This document shows, one piece after another, positions 46,230 to 57,981 of a stretch of 64,000 nt of DNA. This DNA is from Nitrososphaerales archaeon (GTDB lineage: Archaea > Thermoproteota > Nitrososphaeria > Nitrososphaerales > UBA213). Numbering within the stretch: the stretch's first letter is position 1; each line of letters opens with the position of its first letter. Made by a program: the position numbers and the translations under genes. The stretch lies in assembly GCA_965197925.1 (NCBI GenBank), contig CBDAOC010000020.1, positions 448,001-512,000 on the forward strand, in the 5' to 3' direction. Under the pieces are notes generated by a model. That model was not told the DNA's origin. It saw only the letters and a program-made list of their open reading frames with translations, and made no database searches.

Positions 46230-47302
46230 CTACTTTGTCGAATGATTATCCATTCTTAACACATCTATGCCTAACTTGGGTAATGTTGGGAATAATTGAT
46301 TACATAAGAGTACTACTCCAACATTGTCTTTTGGGATCATTCCAATAAAACTAGTGAATCCAGGAGTTCCTCCTGAATGATATAAGACTTCTGTATTGTT
46401 TTCAAGCCGCATTACAAACCAACCCAGAGCCATTTCATCAATTCCTAGGTGTAACCAAGACCTCAGCAAAATACGATGCACCAAAGATAAGTTGGCGCCT
46501 ATTCTTGTTGATTGGCAATACTTTAATGTTGGATTTATACTGGACTGATTTAAATTAAGACTAGCATTCAAGAATTTTATCATATCATTCATGGTGGAGC
46601 GCAAACCTGCCGCACTTTCTAAAGAAGGAGAAATGGAAGGGTCTATTTTTTTCCCATGTTTTGAATGGCCTACAGCTAAACTGCTTTTATGACTCTCAAA
46701 AAGATTAATTCCGGTATCTTTCATTCCTAGCGGTTTGCAAATTCGACTGTTGATGAGCTCCTCATAAGATGAATTGGTTAATCGTTCAAAGATCTGGCCT
46801 AGGAGTCCATAACCACTGTTTGAGTAGCTCCATTTTTCCCCTAGCTTACTCAATTTTGTTTTTGAAATATAAGAGAATAAATCTGACTTGCTGAAATTGT
46901 ACCAAGCGCCATGGGGCGGTCCCCTATTTGGGAATAATATGCTAGCAAGAGAAAGCATTGTGATTCTTAGTGGATGATTCGGCAATCCCGAGGTATGTGT
47001 TGCATGATGAAAAAGGGTGATCTTTTCCAATTTAGGATTTCCTGCAAATTCTGGAAGAAATTTGGTAATAGGATCATTTATGTTCAACAATCCTTCTTTT
47101 TGTAAATCTGCTAGCAAGATAGAAGTGAATGTTTTTGAAATGGAACCGATTTCGAAGTGTCTGCCGTTGGCGAAATTCCTTTGTTCTTTTCAATCTCTCC
47201 AAAGCTCATCACTCTTGTATCGGTCCCATCAATCAATCCAGCAATAATGCTTGCGGACCTGCTTGAACTAACTTGTTGCTGGATGGCATCTTCAGGTCTC
47301 AT
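46230..47302 (-). pseudogene. Serine hydrolase (class C beta-lactamase/PBP fold); frameshift at the SxxK region
   Basis: FEIGSISKTFT in an alternate frame; ATHTSGLP, YSNSGYGLLG, HSGGTPGF. Confidence 0.85.
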
Positions 47303-47461
47303 TTCGTCATCCCTATTTGGAAGTCATGATTATTGCTCAGATGATGTTTTGTTATCAAGTATATGGAAAAGGAGTTCCTCATCAATGTTTTGCGCATAGT
47401 TTTGTTCGAAATGGCGAGTATCATTCCGATGTTATCGTTGGCTAATTATCTATATAAAGCA

Positions 47462-47475
47462 ACCGACTGGTCGGT
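47462..47475. promoter_or_regulatory. Palindromic operator ACCGAC-TG-GTCGGT, likely TetR site
   Basis: Inverted repeat just downstream of TATATAAA, in the divergent region between the hydrolase and tetR. Confidence 0.55.
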
Positions 47476-47855
47476 CGGTAACTTTTTATTAGTGTCATCC
47501 TGTAAACCTTGATGATAGAACGTTCCATAGTTGCTAAGAGAAGATATAACTCTACAACTTGTAATTACAAAATAAGGGGTAATGGAGGGGCAGTTAGAAA
47601 AGCTCTGATAATCGCTTTGGTAATTGCATTGGTTCTCGCGGGCATTGGAATTCCGATGGCAGTAGAGGAAAGGATAACTCTTCCTCTGCCTATCAACTAG
47701 ATGAAATAATCATGTGGAACTCTATATTAACAGACGAATCTCTTGAGGGGACGAGATTCTTAGCATTCTCTTTTTCTAATGAAGGTGTTCAAGTGACATC
47801 AGACCAAGAACCACTATTCAATCAAAAACCACATATTTAGATAAGGTAAGATATA

Positions 47856-48476
47856 GTGGATATGAAGACAGAAGTGAATTCTAAGACCCACACGAAACTA
47901 CGAGTTAGGATAATGGTAGCTGCAAGAAAAAAGTTTTCCAAAAAAGGATATTCGAAAACTTCTATGGATGACATTGCAAATGCTGCTCATGTAAGTAAAG
48001 GTGGGCTATACCATCATTTTGAGAGCAAGGAGAAGCTATTCATAGAAATAATTAATCAAAATCAGGAGCCTATGGGAAAACTTGATCCAGGATTGTTTAA
48101 AAAGAGAGAGAACTTACTGGAAGACTTGGGCAAGTACTATGACAGTTTGAATATCCAACAAGAATTGATGAAGATTTGGCTTGAAGCGATGACTGAATCT
48201 GCCCATAATTCTAAGCTTAATCAGGCGGTAAGAGAAAGAAGAAGGCAGATGGAAGAACTTGCTACTAGACAATTAAAACATCTAAAATCCACTATTGGTT
48301 TGTTTCGGAACTCCGAAGATTCTGATTTATATTTCTTTGCGAAAGGAATTTTGGCGTTAATTAAAGGCTGTGCGTTGGATAGGTTTACCGGCGATGATCC
48401 GGATCTGGTGAGAAAGACATGGATGATGGCAATGTATGCAATTATTACTTCTACTAAAGGTATTCACATCTCATAA
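47856..48476 (+). CDS. TetR/AcrR-family regulator
   Basis: AARKKFSKKGYSKTSMDDIANAAHVSKGGLYHHFESKEKLF. Confidence 0.93.
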   Translation: MDMKTEVNSKTHTKLRVRIMVAARKKFSKKGYSKTSMDDIANAAHVSKGGLYHHFESKEKLFIEIINQNQEPMGKLDPGLFKKRENLLEDLGKYYDSLNIQQELMKIWLEAMTESAHNSKLNQAVRERRRQMEELATRQLKHLKSTIGLFRNSEDSDLYFFAKGILALIKGCALDRFTGDDPDLVRKTWMMAMYAIITSTKGIHIS

Positions 48477-48569
48477 CGTCCTTAGCTACCGGTGGGCAAT
48501 TGTTGGCTCTCCTTCATGGCTAGCTAGCAAGTGTAGATCTGGAAAGTGCGTGATGACTATCATAAGTGG

Positions 48570-48828
48570 AGCTAGAAATGGTTTCATAGGTTTAGGTAAT
48601 GGAGAAGATCAGGCGTTTGGTGGTCAAGGAAATGACAATATATTCGGTGGGGATGATAATGATGAGCTGAATGGAAGGCAAGGCGATGATGGTATTAACG
48701 GACAGGGAGGAGATGATCTCCTGTTTGGCGGAACAGATACTGATAGGCTTAACGGCGGTCCTCACGACGTTGGGGGAGACTTTTGTGGAGCCGGCGAGAC
48801 TCTAATAGACTGTGAAGTTTCCACTTAA
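48570..48828 (+). pseudogene. Orphan RTX-repeat C-terminal fragment
   Basis: GGQGND/GGDDND/GQGGDD repeats ending GDFC..GE....CE, like the genes at 1982 and 19482. Confidence 0.7.
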
Positions 48829-49456
48829 ATGGAAGGCAAAACCACCTTTTTTTACCAAGCATTGCAGACGCCTTGTAGTTCCTTACTTGCTTCTCCTTTC
48901 TTCTATACTGTGAATCATTGCTTCTAACAATGAGTTTTGGCCTCTTGTACGATAAGCCTAGATCCTTCAGCATGTTATGAACATGTTTGAAGCTTATGGG
49001 AATGCCTTCCTCGTTTAATGCGTCTGCTATGTCCCTAACAACCCATCTCCCCTTTAGATATCCGAATGCCTGCGGGTCCTGCTTCAACAGTCCTGGTATG
49101 ATCTTACTTGGGTTATCCTTAACTACTGGAGGCCTTCAGGATGATTTCCTACTCTTCAATCCATCCACACCATTCTTTCTGTACCTTCTACTCCATCTGA
49201 ATACTGCATCTATGCAGACATGCAGTGTAAGTGCTACCTTCTTTACTGTCATGCCTTCATACCTCATCAGTACTGCAAAGGCTCTTGTATGTTCAAGCTT
49301 ATTCTTTGTACCATGCAGGAAGTGTTGGAGCTCCTTAACCTGCTTATGCGTTAGTACGAACCTCATATGCTGCATATGCTGATGTGATCAAAGAAGATAT
49401 CCCCCAATAATGTTGATCATATTGTAAAATCATAGACAAAGTTCTTACACTTGACT
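48829..49456 (-). mobile_element. IS630-family remnant (HTH part only, frameshifted)
   Basis: AVFRWSRRYRKNGVDGL; PQAFGYLKGRWVVRDI..LGLSYKRPKL; DDE part missing. Confidence 0.8.
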
Positions 49457-49547
49457 TAAATTATGCCCAACCCTCGTCTAACTCTCTGTCCTGCCCTGAG
49501 CATTTACAATCAAATAGGAACTCCACCATATAAAATATAAAACCGTA

Positions 49548-51143
49548 TTGCATACGATCTCAAAGGGGAAAAAATTGCAGGGAATAAATAAAGGTAGTAA
49601 CATTGACAGCTTTCTGCTTGAGCATTTTCAGCGAGAGATATGGAACAAGGTTCCTCACCTAGAAGAAAAGCTAGGTGAAGTGAAGGTTATCAACGCAACA
49701 CCCCTGATAGACATTACTGAAGATTTGAGGGAGTGTGCAAGAAAAGAGTACGGCCTGGATCTTGCCGATATAGATCTGCGAGTTTTCGGCAAGTTCGAAT
49801 CGAACTTGCTGACAGGCTCGATCAAAGTAAGGCCAGCAGTCCAGATAATCCATGATGCTATTGTTACAGGGAAGCTTAGGTCTGGACAGACGATATTCGA
49901 AGCGACCTCGGGTAACTTTGGGATCGCTCTGGGGCAGATCGCTACGCTCGGCCTAGATGTCGTTGCCCTTGTCTCTAGAAAGCTTCAGGAAGGAGTGTTC
50001 GAGGAGTTGAGAAACGAGAGAATGCATACCATAAATCTTGACATGGACATCTGTCCTGCTCCAGGAATGAAGGTCAACTCGAATCTTTTGGCTGCCAAAG
50101 CTATCGCTTTGAATATTCGCTCACAGCTCTCTGAATTCGGGTTCGACCCTACCATTTTCGATAAATCGCGTTCTGAGGTAGAAGGACTTCTAGCGAGCCA
50201 GGATATAATAAACTTGGCAAAGCTTCTTGCGAAGATCTACGGCGGTTTCTGCACAGAACAATACGACAACGAGCTGAACATTGAGGTACACAGAACCGTG
50301 ACTGCCCGAGAGTTAGACCAGCAATTGCATGAACAAGGTCATTCGCTCGGTGACTTCAGAATTGTCTGCAACTTTGGTACCGGTAGCACTGCAGGTGGTT
50401 TGAGCAGATACTGGATGGAGAAATTTGGGAAGAAGTCGCTGCATGTAGTCTTTCCACTCGGTGATCAAGATGTTGCAGGAATAAGGACAAAACGCACGGC
50501 TCTGGGCTTGAAGTTCTACGAGCCTGAGCGGTATGCGGGACAACATGAAGTAGATTTTAGGCAGGCAAAACGTCTGCTGAAGTTTTTCGTAGACAAAGGT
50601 CACGACATAGGGGAAAGCAGTGCCCTTGCGCTTTACGCGGTCATGCAGATGGCGAACTTCGGTAGCTATGGAGGAAAGTTTGTCGTAATAATTGCTGATG
50701 GAATCCAAAAGTACAGAAGGAACATTGGAACGATAGAAGAGAAGCAGAGCCCTCTGCAGGTTACCCTACGTGAAATTGTCTCGAACATCGGAAACTACAA
50801 TAGAGTTCTATGGATTCACACAATGTATACTCCACGCAAGGAAGGAATAGAGCTAATCGCGAATTCGTTGGGCTGCAATGAAAGCAAGATCTCTGTCCCA
50901 AAGGCCAGCGACGTGGAGCGACTTCTAGCAACGCAAGAGATTCCTAAGGAACTGGATAAAGCGCTGGGAGGAGCCAATGGAAAGTCATTGCTCGTTTGCA
51001 TGATGGGAATTACTTCGTTCCAAGTTGCTCAAGTACTTGCGAAGAAGGGCATTGAAGCCGAAAGCTTGACTGGTGGGATATCAGCACTTTCTGAATCGAG
51101 AGGCAAGCAAATTTCGGAATTAGTTCAAATAGCTACCGAATAA
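49548..51143 (+). CDS. PLP-dependent cysteine synthase-like enzyme with C-terminal rhodanese-like domain
   Basis: TGSIKVR, EATSGNFG, FGTGST, GESSA; C-terminal LLVCMMGITS..VA..L..G..A.SL.GG. Confidence 0.8.
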   Translation: MHTISKGKKLQGINKGSNIDSFLLEHFQREIWNKVPHLEEKLGEVKVINATPLIDITEDLRECARKEYGLDLADIDLRVFGKFESNLLTGSIKVRPAVQIIHDAIVTGKLRSGQTIFEATSGNFGIALGQIATLGLDVVALVSRKLQEGVFEELRNERMHTINLDMDICPAPGMKVNSNLLAAKAIALNIRSQLSEFGFDPTIFDKSRSEVEGLLASQDIINLAKLLAKIYGGFCTEQYDNELNIEVHRTVTARELDQQLHEQGHSLGDFRIVCNFGTGSTAGGLSRYWMEKFGKKSLHVVFPLGDQDVAGIRTKRTALGLKFYEPERYAGQHEVDFRQAKRLLKFFVDKGHDIGESSALALYAVMQMANFGSYGGKFVVIIADGIQKYRRNIGTIEEKQSPLQVTLREIVSNIGNYNRVLWIHTMYTPRKEGIELIANSLGCNESKISVPKASDVERLLATQEIPKELDKALGGANGKSLLVCMMGITSFQVAQVLAKKGIEAESLTGGISALSESRGKQISELVQIATE

Positions 51144-51178
51144 TCGCTTCTTGCTGGCTGCACTAGGCGTGTTCATTA

Positions 51179-51370
51179 GACCTATTGCGTAATTAGGAAT
51201 CATAATCACCTTAACCTCAGCCAGATATTCGCTCTACAGATCATCATTCCTTTACTTCGTATTATTCTGAAGTTCACCAAACCAGAAACTAAATCGGAAG
51301 CATGATTGTAGCGTTTTAGCCTATTCCTGAACCTTGTTCCCATTATATTGAACTTTACATTCTTAGAGAG
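51179..51370 (-). mobile_element. IS5/ISL2-like transposase 3' remnant with terminal repeat
   Basis: VKFNIMGTRFRNRLKRYNHASDLVSGLVNFR; end GACCTATTGCGTAAT. Confidence 0.65.
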
Positions 51371-51586
51371 TGCACAGGAAGTACCTCCAGTAACCACTGA
51401 TGACAAGCTGAATGATGAACCCTACAACCTGTAGTAATCAATGCCCGACGGGCCCGTATAAAATTTTATCATAGAAGCCACATTCAAATTATGGATGAAT
51501 TAGTTTTTGAGTATTTAGTAATGTTAGCACTAGGTGAGTTTCCTCTACTAAAACATAAATAGTCGAAATCAATAGGCGATAAATCA

Positions 51587-53634
51587 GTGAACAAGGCGGT
51601 AATAGTCGGAATCACTTTGGGCTTGCTAATAGTTGGTATGATTATTGCTCCTCTATCAATTGAAAATATTGCTGAGGCTAAACGTCTCGAGAGAATGGTC
51701 TTTACCGAAACAGTGGAATCTACACAAGACCCAGGTCAAGGCCATGAAACTCATCAGATAGCTGTCCTGTTACCACCTGAAGATGGTGTCGTGTAAAGTG
51801 GACGGTTCAGTTATTCTGCCAGTGTTCCTGTAGAAGTTGTTGTTTTACATGACACAATGTTAGGAGAAAAACCAACTGCAATCTATACTATAGACGGAAA
51901 AAAGGAATGGGCTTTATCCCTAATATTCTCGGATGGTGATAAAGGTGCCAAATCAGCTTCAATGTCATTTGTGGGTTCTGCCTTAGCGTTACATACACTT
52001 GATGGAACAGAGTTTACTGCAACAGTATCAATACATGCACAAGCAAGAACCATAAAGCCTACAGAGGTAACTGTTGATAATATAAAAGAAATTACCTATC
52101 CAGATCAACCTCCAATACATCCTGAAATATTAGAGAAGAACGATTTTTGGTCACCTCCTGAGGTAGTCAAGGTAACAGATGGGGTTTGGGTAGCTGTTGG
52201 ATTTGATCTTACAAACAGTATCTTGATTGGAGGCGATGATGGAATAATCATTGTTGATACATTATCCATATATGAAAATGCAAAAAAAGTTATTGATGAA
52301 TTTAGAGACATTACGGACAAGCCCGTTAAAGCTATCATCTATACTCATGCTCATCTAGATCATGTAAGCGGTACAGGTGCTTTTGTTGAAGAAGGAGAGG
52401 ATGTGGAAATTTATGCTCATGAAAGCTCACTTGATTTTTACATCAATGAAAATAGTTTCTAGGTCCGATAGATTCAGTTCGAACTATTCATGCTTCTGGA
52501 GCATTGTTACCTAATGATGGACCTGACAGAGCCAATCTTGGTGTCTTTCCTCCTGCTGTACCAGATACGATAGCTTACCTCCCACCTACCCAAACATTTT
52601 CAGATGAATTGGATTTGGAAATTTCAGGTATCAAACTCAAGCTGGTATATGTTGCTGGAGAATCATCTGATCAAATTTTCGTTTGGTTGCCAGAAAAGAA
52701 AGTTTTGTTATCGGGAGACAATCTTTATGCCATTTTTCCTAATATCTACACTATTCGGGGAGTAGTCTATCGAGACCTAATGAATTATGTGAGTGCGATC
52801 GATATGATGATTCAGTTAGAACCTGAGTACATGGTACCAAGCCATGTAATGCCGGTAATTGGTAAAGATAAAGTCATGGATATTTTGATCACCACTAGAG
52901 ATGCTACTCAATATGTTTATGATCAAACTATTCGAGGAATGAATAATGGTTACACAGCAGACGAACTTTCACATATGATCAAAGTACCTGAACACCTTGC
53001 GTATCATCCATGGACAACCCAAACCAGAGGTCTAGTCCCCTGGTATGTAAAAAATATCTACTATGGTAATTTAGGTTGGTTTGAAGGAGACCCAGCGTTT
53101 TTGAATCCTATTAGCCTAGAGGAAAGATCAGAAAAAATTATTTCGTTGGCAGGTGGAGTAAACGGAGTAATTTCGGAGATCTATAAGGCAATTTAAGAAG
53201 GTGATTATGAATGGGCTGCTGAACTTGCAACCTACGCCATTCATACAGATCCCGATAATGTTGAAGCAAAACTGCTAAAAGCTCATGCATTGAGAGCGAT
53301 AGGACAGAGAATAACAGCTGTGGATGACAGACACTGGTATTTGACCACAGCGTTGGAGCTGGAAGGTAAAATCAAGATAGATCCTAACGCATTCACACAA
53401 ACCAGTTCAGAACAGCTGGCTGCATTACCTATTGAAAAGATTCTAAATACACTACCAACAAAGTTGGATCCAAAGAAGGCAGAAGGTGTAAACAAAATTT
53501 TGGGTGCTTACTTCAACGATGTCGATGAGGGATATACACTACATGTTAGAAATAATATATTGGCTGTAACGAAGGCATTTCCAGAAAAAGCAGATTTCTC
53601 ATTAACTATGAATTCTGATGTTTACAAATCTATT
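51587..53634 (+). pseudogene. Exported alkyl/aryl sulfatase (SdsA1-like MBL) with N-terminal extra domain, disrupted
   Basis: YTHAHLDH, PNIYTIRG, PSH, YDQTIR, GWFEGDP; in-frame TAA at 51794 and 53194, frameshift near 52460, IS at the 3' end. Confidence 0.85.
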
Positions 53635-54501
53635 CAACTCATCTCAAAACTAACCATTTAGACAATTTTTAGCGACCATTTAGATCCATGAATAGCGACA
53701 TCTAAAATTATTTTATGAAATTCCAAGAATTATCAGACAAACAGTGGAGTATGATGGAATCACACATACCACCACATGCAAAAACTGGCAGGCCTAGGGA
53801 TTATGATAGAAAAATCATTAACGGAATAATCCATGTTCTAACTACTGGATGCCGATGGGACGATATGCCAAAAAGATATGGTGATGATTCTACTGCAAAC
53901 AGAGGGTTAAACAAATGGCAACAAAAAGGAATCTGGAAAAAGATTCTATCACGTACTATTCACTCAGCACATAAATCTGGCAAATTAGTCTAAAAAAATC
54001 AGCTGACTCTTCATCCATTCCTGATAAAAAATGGGCAATGTAACTGGATATAATGGATTCAAGAGAATAACAGGTACAAAAATACATGCCGCAGTAGAGG
54101 GTAACGGATTTCCAATATCCATACTGCTGAGTCCAGCAAATGAACATGACAGTACAAAATGCATGGATGTTACAGGATCAATTTCAGACTATCTTGATGA
54201 TTCAATACAACAGATAGAACCAGTTTATGCAGACAAAATGATGCAAAATACATCAGAATGTATTTGTGGGATAGAAATATTGCATGTTGCATCCCATACA
54301 AAATAAATTCCAAGTTCATCTTGCAAAATAATGATTGCAAACATTACAACAAGACAAGATTTGTAGTTGAGAGATTCCTTGCATGGCTCAAGAATGGATT
54401 TCACAGAACAAGAATCAGGTATGAAAGAACGGCAGAAAACTACCTGGCATTTGTTAATCTTGCATCATTTTTGATGTATTGTAGGGTTTTGAGATGAGTT
54501 G
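53635..54501 (+). mobile_element. IS5-family element, family C copy 3
   Basis: Same TIRs as the copies at 17621 and 34279. Confidence 0.92.
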
Positions 54502-54940
54502 ATTATAGTATCATTAATGGTAAACTAGGTTTAGGTGATATCTAACACCAACACGCCCAGTTTGTTTAACTCATAAGAATTCAATTCCCTTGGAATATCA
54601 ACACTGGTTATCGGCAAGCAAGAACCCTAACGAGTATAGGCATCTTACGTGCTGGTGCAATAAAGGAAAACATTATTCGCTTTTGTAACGACAGGAGATA
54701 GATAATCCCAATCTTCCCACATCCATACGATGCCTAGTCTTAACACCTACGGGCAAAGCTGCCAAGGTGGTTGAAAGTAGGAAGTTTGGTTTGGGTAAAA
54801 GAAAAGCAAAGACAACTATTTGCTTGATCTTGGGATTGGTTAAGGTAAGTCCTGAACTAATATACCAAGGAAAATAATAAAAGTAAATTATAATACTTTT
54901 TCCATATGTAGGTAAATAGTATAATTCTCAAGTATATTTT

Positions 54941-55231
54941 ATGGGGGGAATAGAATCCGCAACTTTGATGGTAGTTATTTTAATACTTGGAAGCATTTCC
55001 ACAGTTTTCTTAGTGTTGGCATCATCTGGAGGAATTCTTAGTAATGAATCTAACATCTGGGCTCAGGCAATACCATCCGACGGGAGAGTAAAGTCTGCAC
55101 AGAAGATATCAGATTTTGAAGGTAACTTTGATGGGGTTCTCGATGATTTTGATATTCTTGGATGGGCGATGGAAGATATACCCGGAGCAAAGAACAAGAT
55201 AACTGAAGGCGAAATTGGGGAAAACACATAA
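54941..55231 (+). pseudogene. N-terminal fragment of an FG-GAP/integrin-like surface protein
   Basis: Signal/TM, then VKSAQKISDFEGNFDGVLDDFDILG; truncated. Confidence 0.5.
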
Positions 55232-55339
55232 TGGATACTCCTTTCACAAAAATCTAAAACTTTTTTTATAATTCATGGTTCAAGTATAGCTTTAACCGTT
55301 AAAGCAAAATATTTACTAGTAGTTCTAGTAATATACTGT

Positions 55340-56001
55340 ATGCGAACAATACATATCGCAACTTATGGCGAGGGTCAGGAGGGTATAGTTGCTGGAATTA
55401 GAAACTTTCCTGTTCATAAACTTGTACTCCTTTGTTATGAGGAGGAGAAGGCAAAAGCAGAAGAGTTCAGTAATAGGATCAGAAGCACCCTTGGTATACC
55501 TGTAAGTTGCATAGTGGTATCCGATAAAAACGTAATTCGTGAAGTTTTAGAAAGGATTGCACAAGTAATAAAGGACGAACGCGACTTTGAGCAGATATTG
55601 ATGAATGTAAGTGCCGGAGATAAGATGTAGGTTGTGCTGCGCTATCGGCCGCATTTGTTAATGAAATTAAGGCATTTGGTATGGATCAGGAAGGATGTCC
55701 CATGTTGCTACCCGTTCTGAAATTAAGCTATAGTGAGATTGTCTCTGACGCAAAGCTAGGAATACTACGTACCATAGACAAAGTTAGAGGTGAGGTCGGG
55801 AGTTTGGAGAAATTAACTGAAGTGTCAAGCTACGGTAAGCCATTGTTAAGCTACCATGTGCAGGGATCTGGGGACTCTAAAGGACTGACTGATTTGGGAT
55901 TGGTGGAAGTAAATAAGGTCGAACGAGGAAAGATAACCGTTAAGCTTACAACACTTGGCAAATTGATTATTGCAAGTGGTGATAGGCGCATAAATACATA
56001 G
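55340..56001 (+). pseudogene. CARF-like (DUF6293/Csa3-like) domain plus wHTH protein; frameshift at ~55628
   Basis: NVSAGDKM|GCAALSAAFVN..AFG across the shift; LLPVLK; GKPLLSYH..GL..LGLV..LTTLG. Confidence 0.75.
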
Positions 56002-56779
56002 ATTTCATTTTCTACAAATAAGAAATATTCAAAAACTTGGAAATTGATATCACTAATGCAAGATTACTATTTGTGAATTCAGTTATTGCATTTGTGGCGC
56101 TTCCTGAAGCGACACCAGTTTCATTGGCTATTTCGTCCCTTGGGTATTCTTACTTTATAACTTCTAGATTATCTGAAAATGAAATAAAAAATGGGTGGGC
56201 TTAGTGAGTTAATTTAGATATCTTTTCCTGTTTCGTTCTTAATCCTAGTATCACTGCCATAGATACAGCTGTGATTACTAGCGGATACATCATCTCTCCT
56301 GCACCAGTGACTACTCCATGCCAAGCCCGACATGACAATGAGTGTGCCATCGATGTACTTCTTCAACTTTGATATATGCTCATTCATGTTCGTATGTATT
56401 ATTACTAGGAGTTTTGATTTAAGGAACTCGTCGAACTGTTAGGAAATATGATATCAGAAATTCTTGAGATGTTTTTAGCAATCTCATTGTAGAACTTAGT
56501 CTGATTTAGGGACATATTTTATGAATATTTATTTGTTGGAACAACTGTTTCATAGAGTTCCTAAAAAGGTCATTCCACTCTAATTATAACATGGAAGAAA
56601 CTATCTATCTTCAATTTTGTCCAAACTGCCTTGAGATTATATCCTCCTTATCTTCTCGTAAGGAGATAGAAAGGTGTTCTTCATGTGATTCAAATATCAT
56701 AATACATAAACTTGGGTCTGATCTCAAAGGAATTTGCTTAAACCACTGACGGTGAAAGACATTTGTATATTTTGTTGAT

Positions 56780-57460
56780 CGAAAAGGCCATATAGCGACC
56801 TCAAGTGATAGGTAACTAGAATGCAACTGATGGATTGATGATTTAGTTGTCAGAAATAGTGGTAATTCAATGTGTTGCAAAGTGCTTGAATAATCCACCT
56901 TAGCTAGTAATAAGAAGAGAATAACATAGCAAAACATCAGTACTTTACGTTCTTGTCAAACACTGGAACAAATAAGTCCTATCATGTCTGAATGACAGAT
57001 TCGCAAGGGACGGGACGCTGAGAGGAGAATCAACAGTGATGGAATCTGATTCAGAATAGAACATATTGAGGTAACAATGCCTCTAGGATGTTCATGGCGA
57101 CATCAGATAGGGCGTATTATCAAAGAAAGGTTCTTACCAGGATTTCAATTGAGATCATACATATTACGAGCTTACCTAGACAGACAATTACCAATATAAA
57201 ATAACAGAGGTAAGATAGAACACGACTTTGGTATCCTTCATATGACATAAAGGAAGTATTGAAGACAGGTATGCAAAAAATAAAGTAATGTTCCCTGATT
57301 CATTGCTAAGGGAAATTCGTTATGTATTTAAGCGAAGTGAAGAGTTCCTTGATTTAGAAGTAAAACAGGCTGATAGTTTATAGAAACAAAAAGAGCAGCT
57401 TCATAAAGCAGTTGCTCACACACTAACGCTTTCCAGATATGCTATGAGGAGATTAGAATA
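56780..57460 (+). pseudogene. Heavily decayed archaeal tyrosine integrase
   Basis: Across frames: RPQVIGN..TDGL, KHQYFTFL, RSYILRAYLD, RGKIEHDF, HKGSIEDRY..NK, FKRSEEFLDLE. Confidence 0.7.
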
Positions 57461-57981
57461 AAATACCGATGATATATCTAAAATGAGGGAATAGGTAGTA
57501 TTTACAAATAAAGAACATATACAACATTGCGGTGCGAAATTGAGTAGAATAATTATGGTGTTCATGCAGGTGGCACCAATTGTAAGAAGAAATAATTTCG
57601 TGGGTCGAGCATAATTGAAATGAAGACAAGAGAGTAATGATACTGATTGCAGGAACATTAGATTGTTTTGAATTTGCTGAGCCTAGAGCAGATATACTTG
57701 AAAGATTTCAGTTTTGGGGAACTCTTTCCTTTTCCTGTAACTATAATAATCAAATTACATTGACAAACACCTCTATTATTTCATAGAATCATATTTTCTC
57801 GTTAATGGATGTGATATGCATTGGAGCTTCAAGCTCAGAACATTGAAAATTTCCTGAAGTCCATCTTTGAATTGTTTACAACTTACGGAAATCAGACAAG
57901 CATGTCAGAACCGTTAATATATTTTAATGAAAAGATCCACCACTTTATGAATTATTTGATTCTCTTGGGATTTCCCAACTG

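Noticed and set aside
23992..53196. Stop-codon recoding (Pyl/Sec) at in-frame stops 23992, 51794 and 53194
   Set aside because: Stops are a mix of TAG and TAA, and the same genes also carry frameshifts; decay explains them better
56611..57658. Minus-strand ORFs 56611-56937 and 57416-57658
   Set aside because: Mostly shadows of the decayed plus-strand integrase; no motifs
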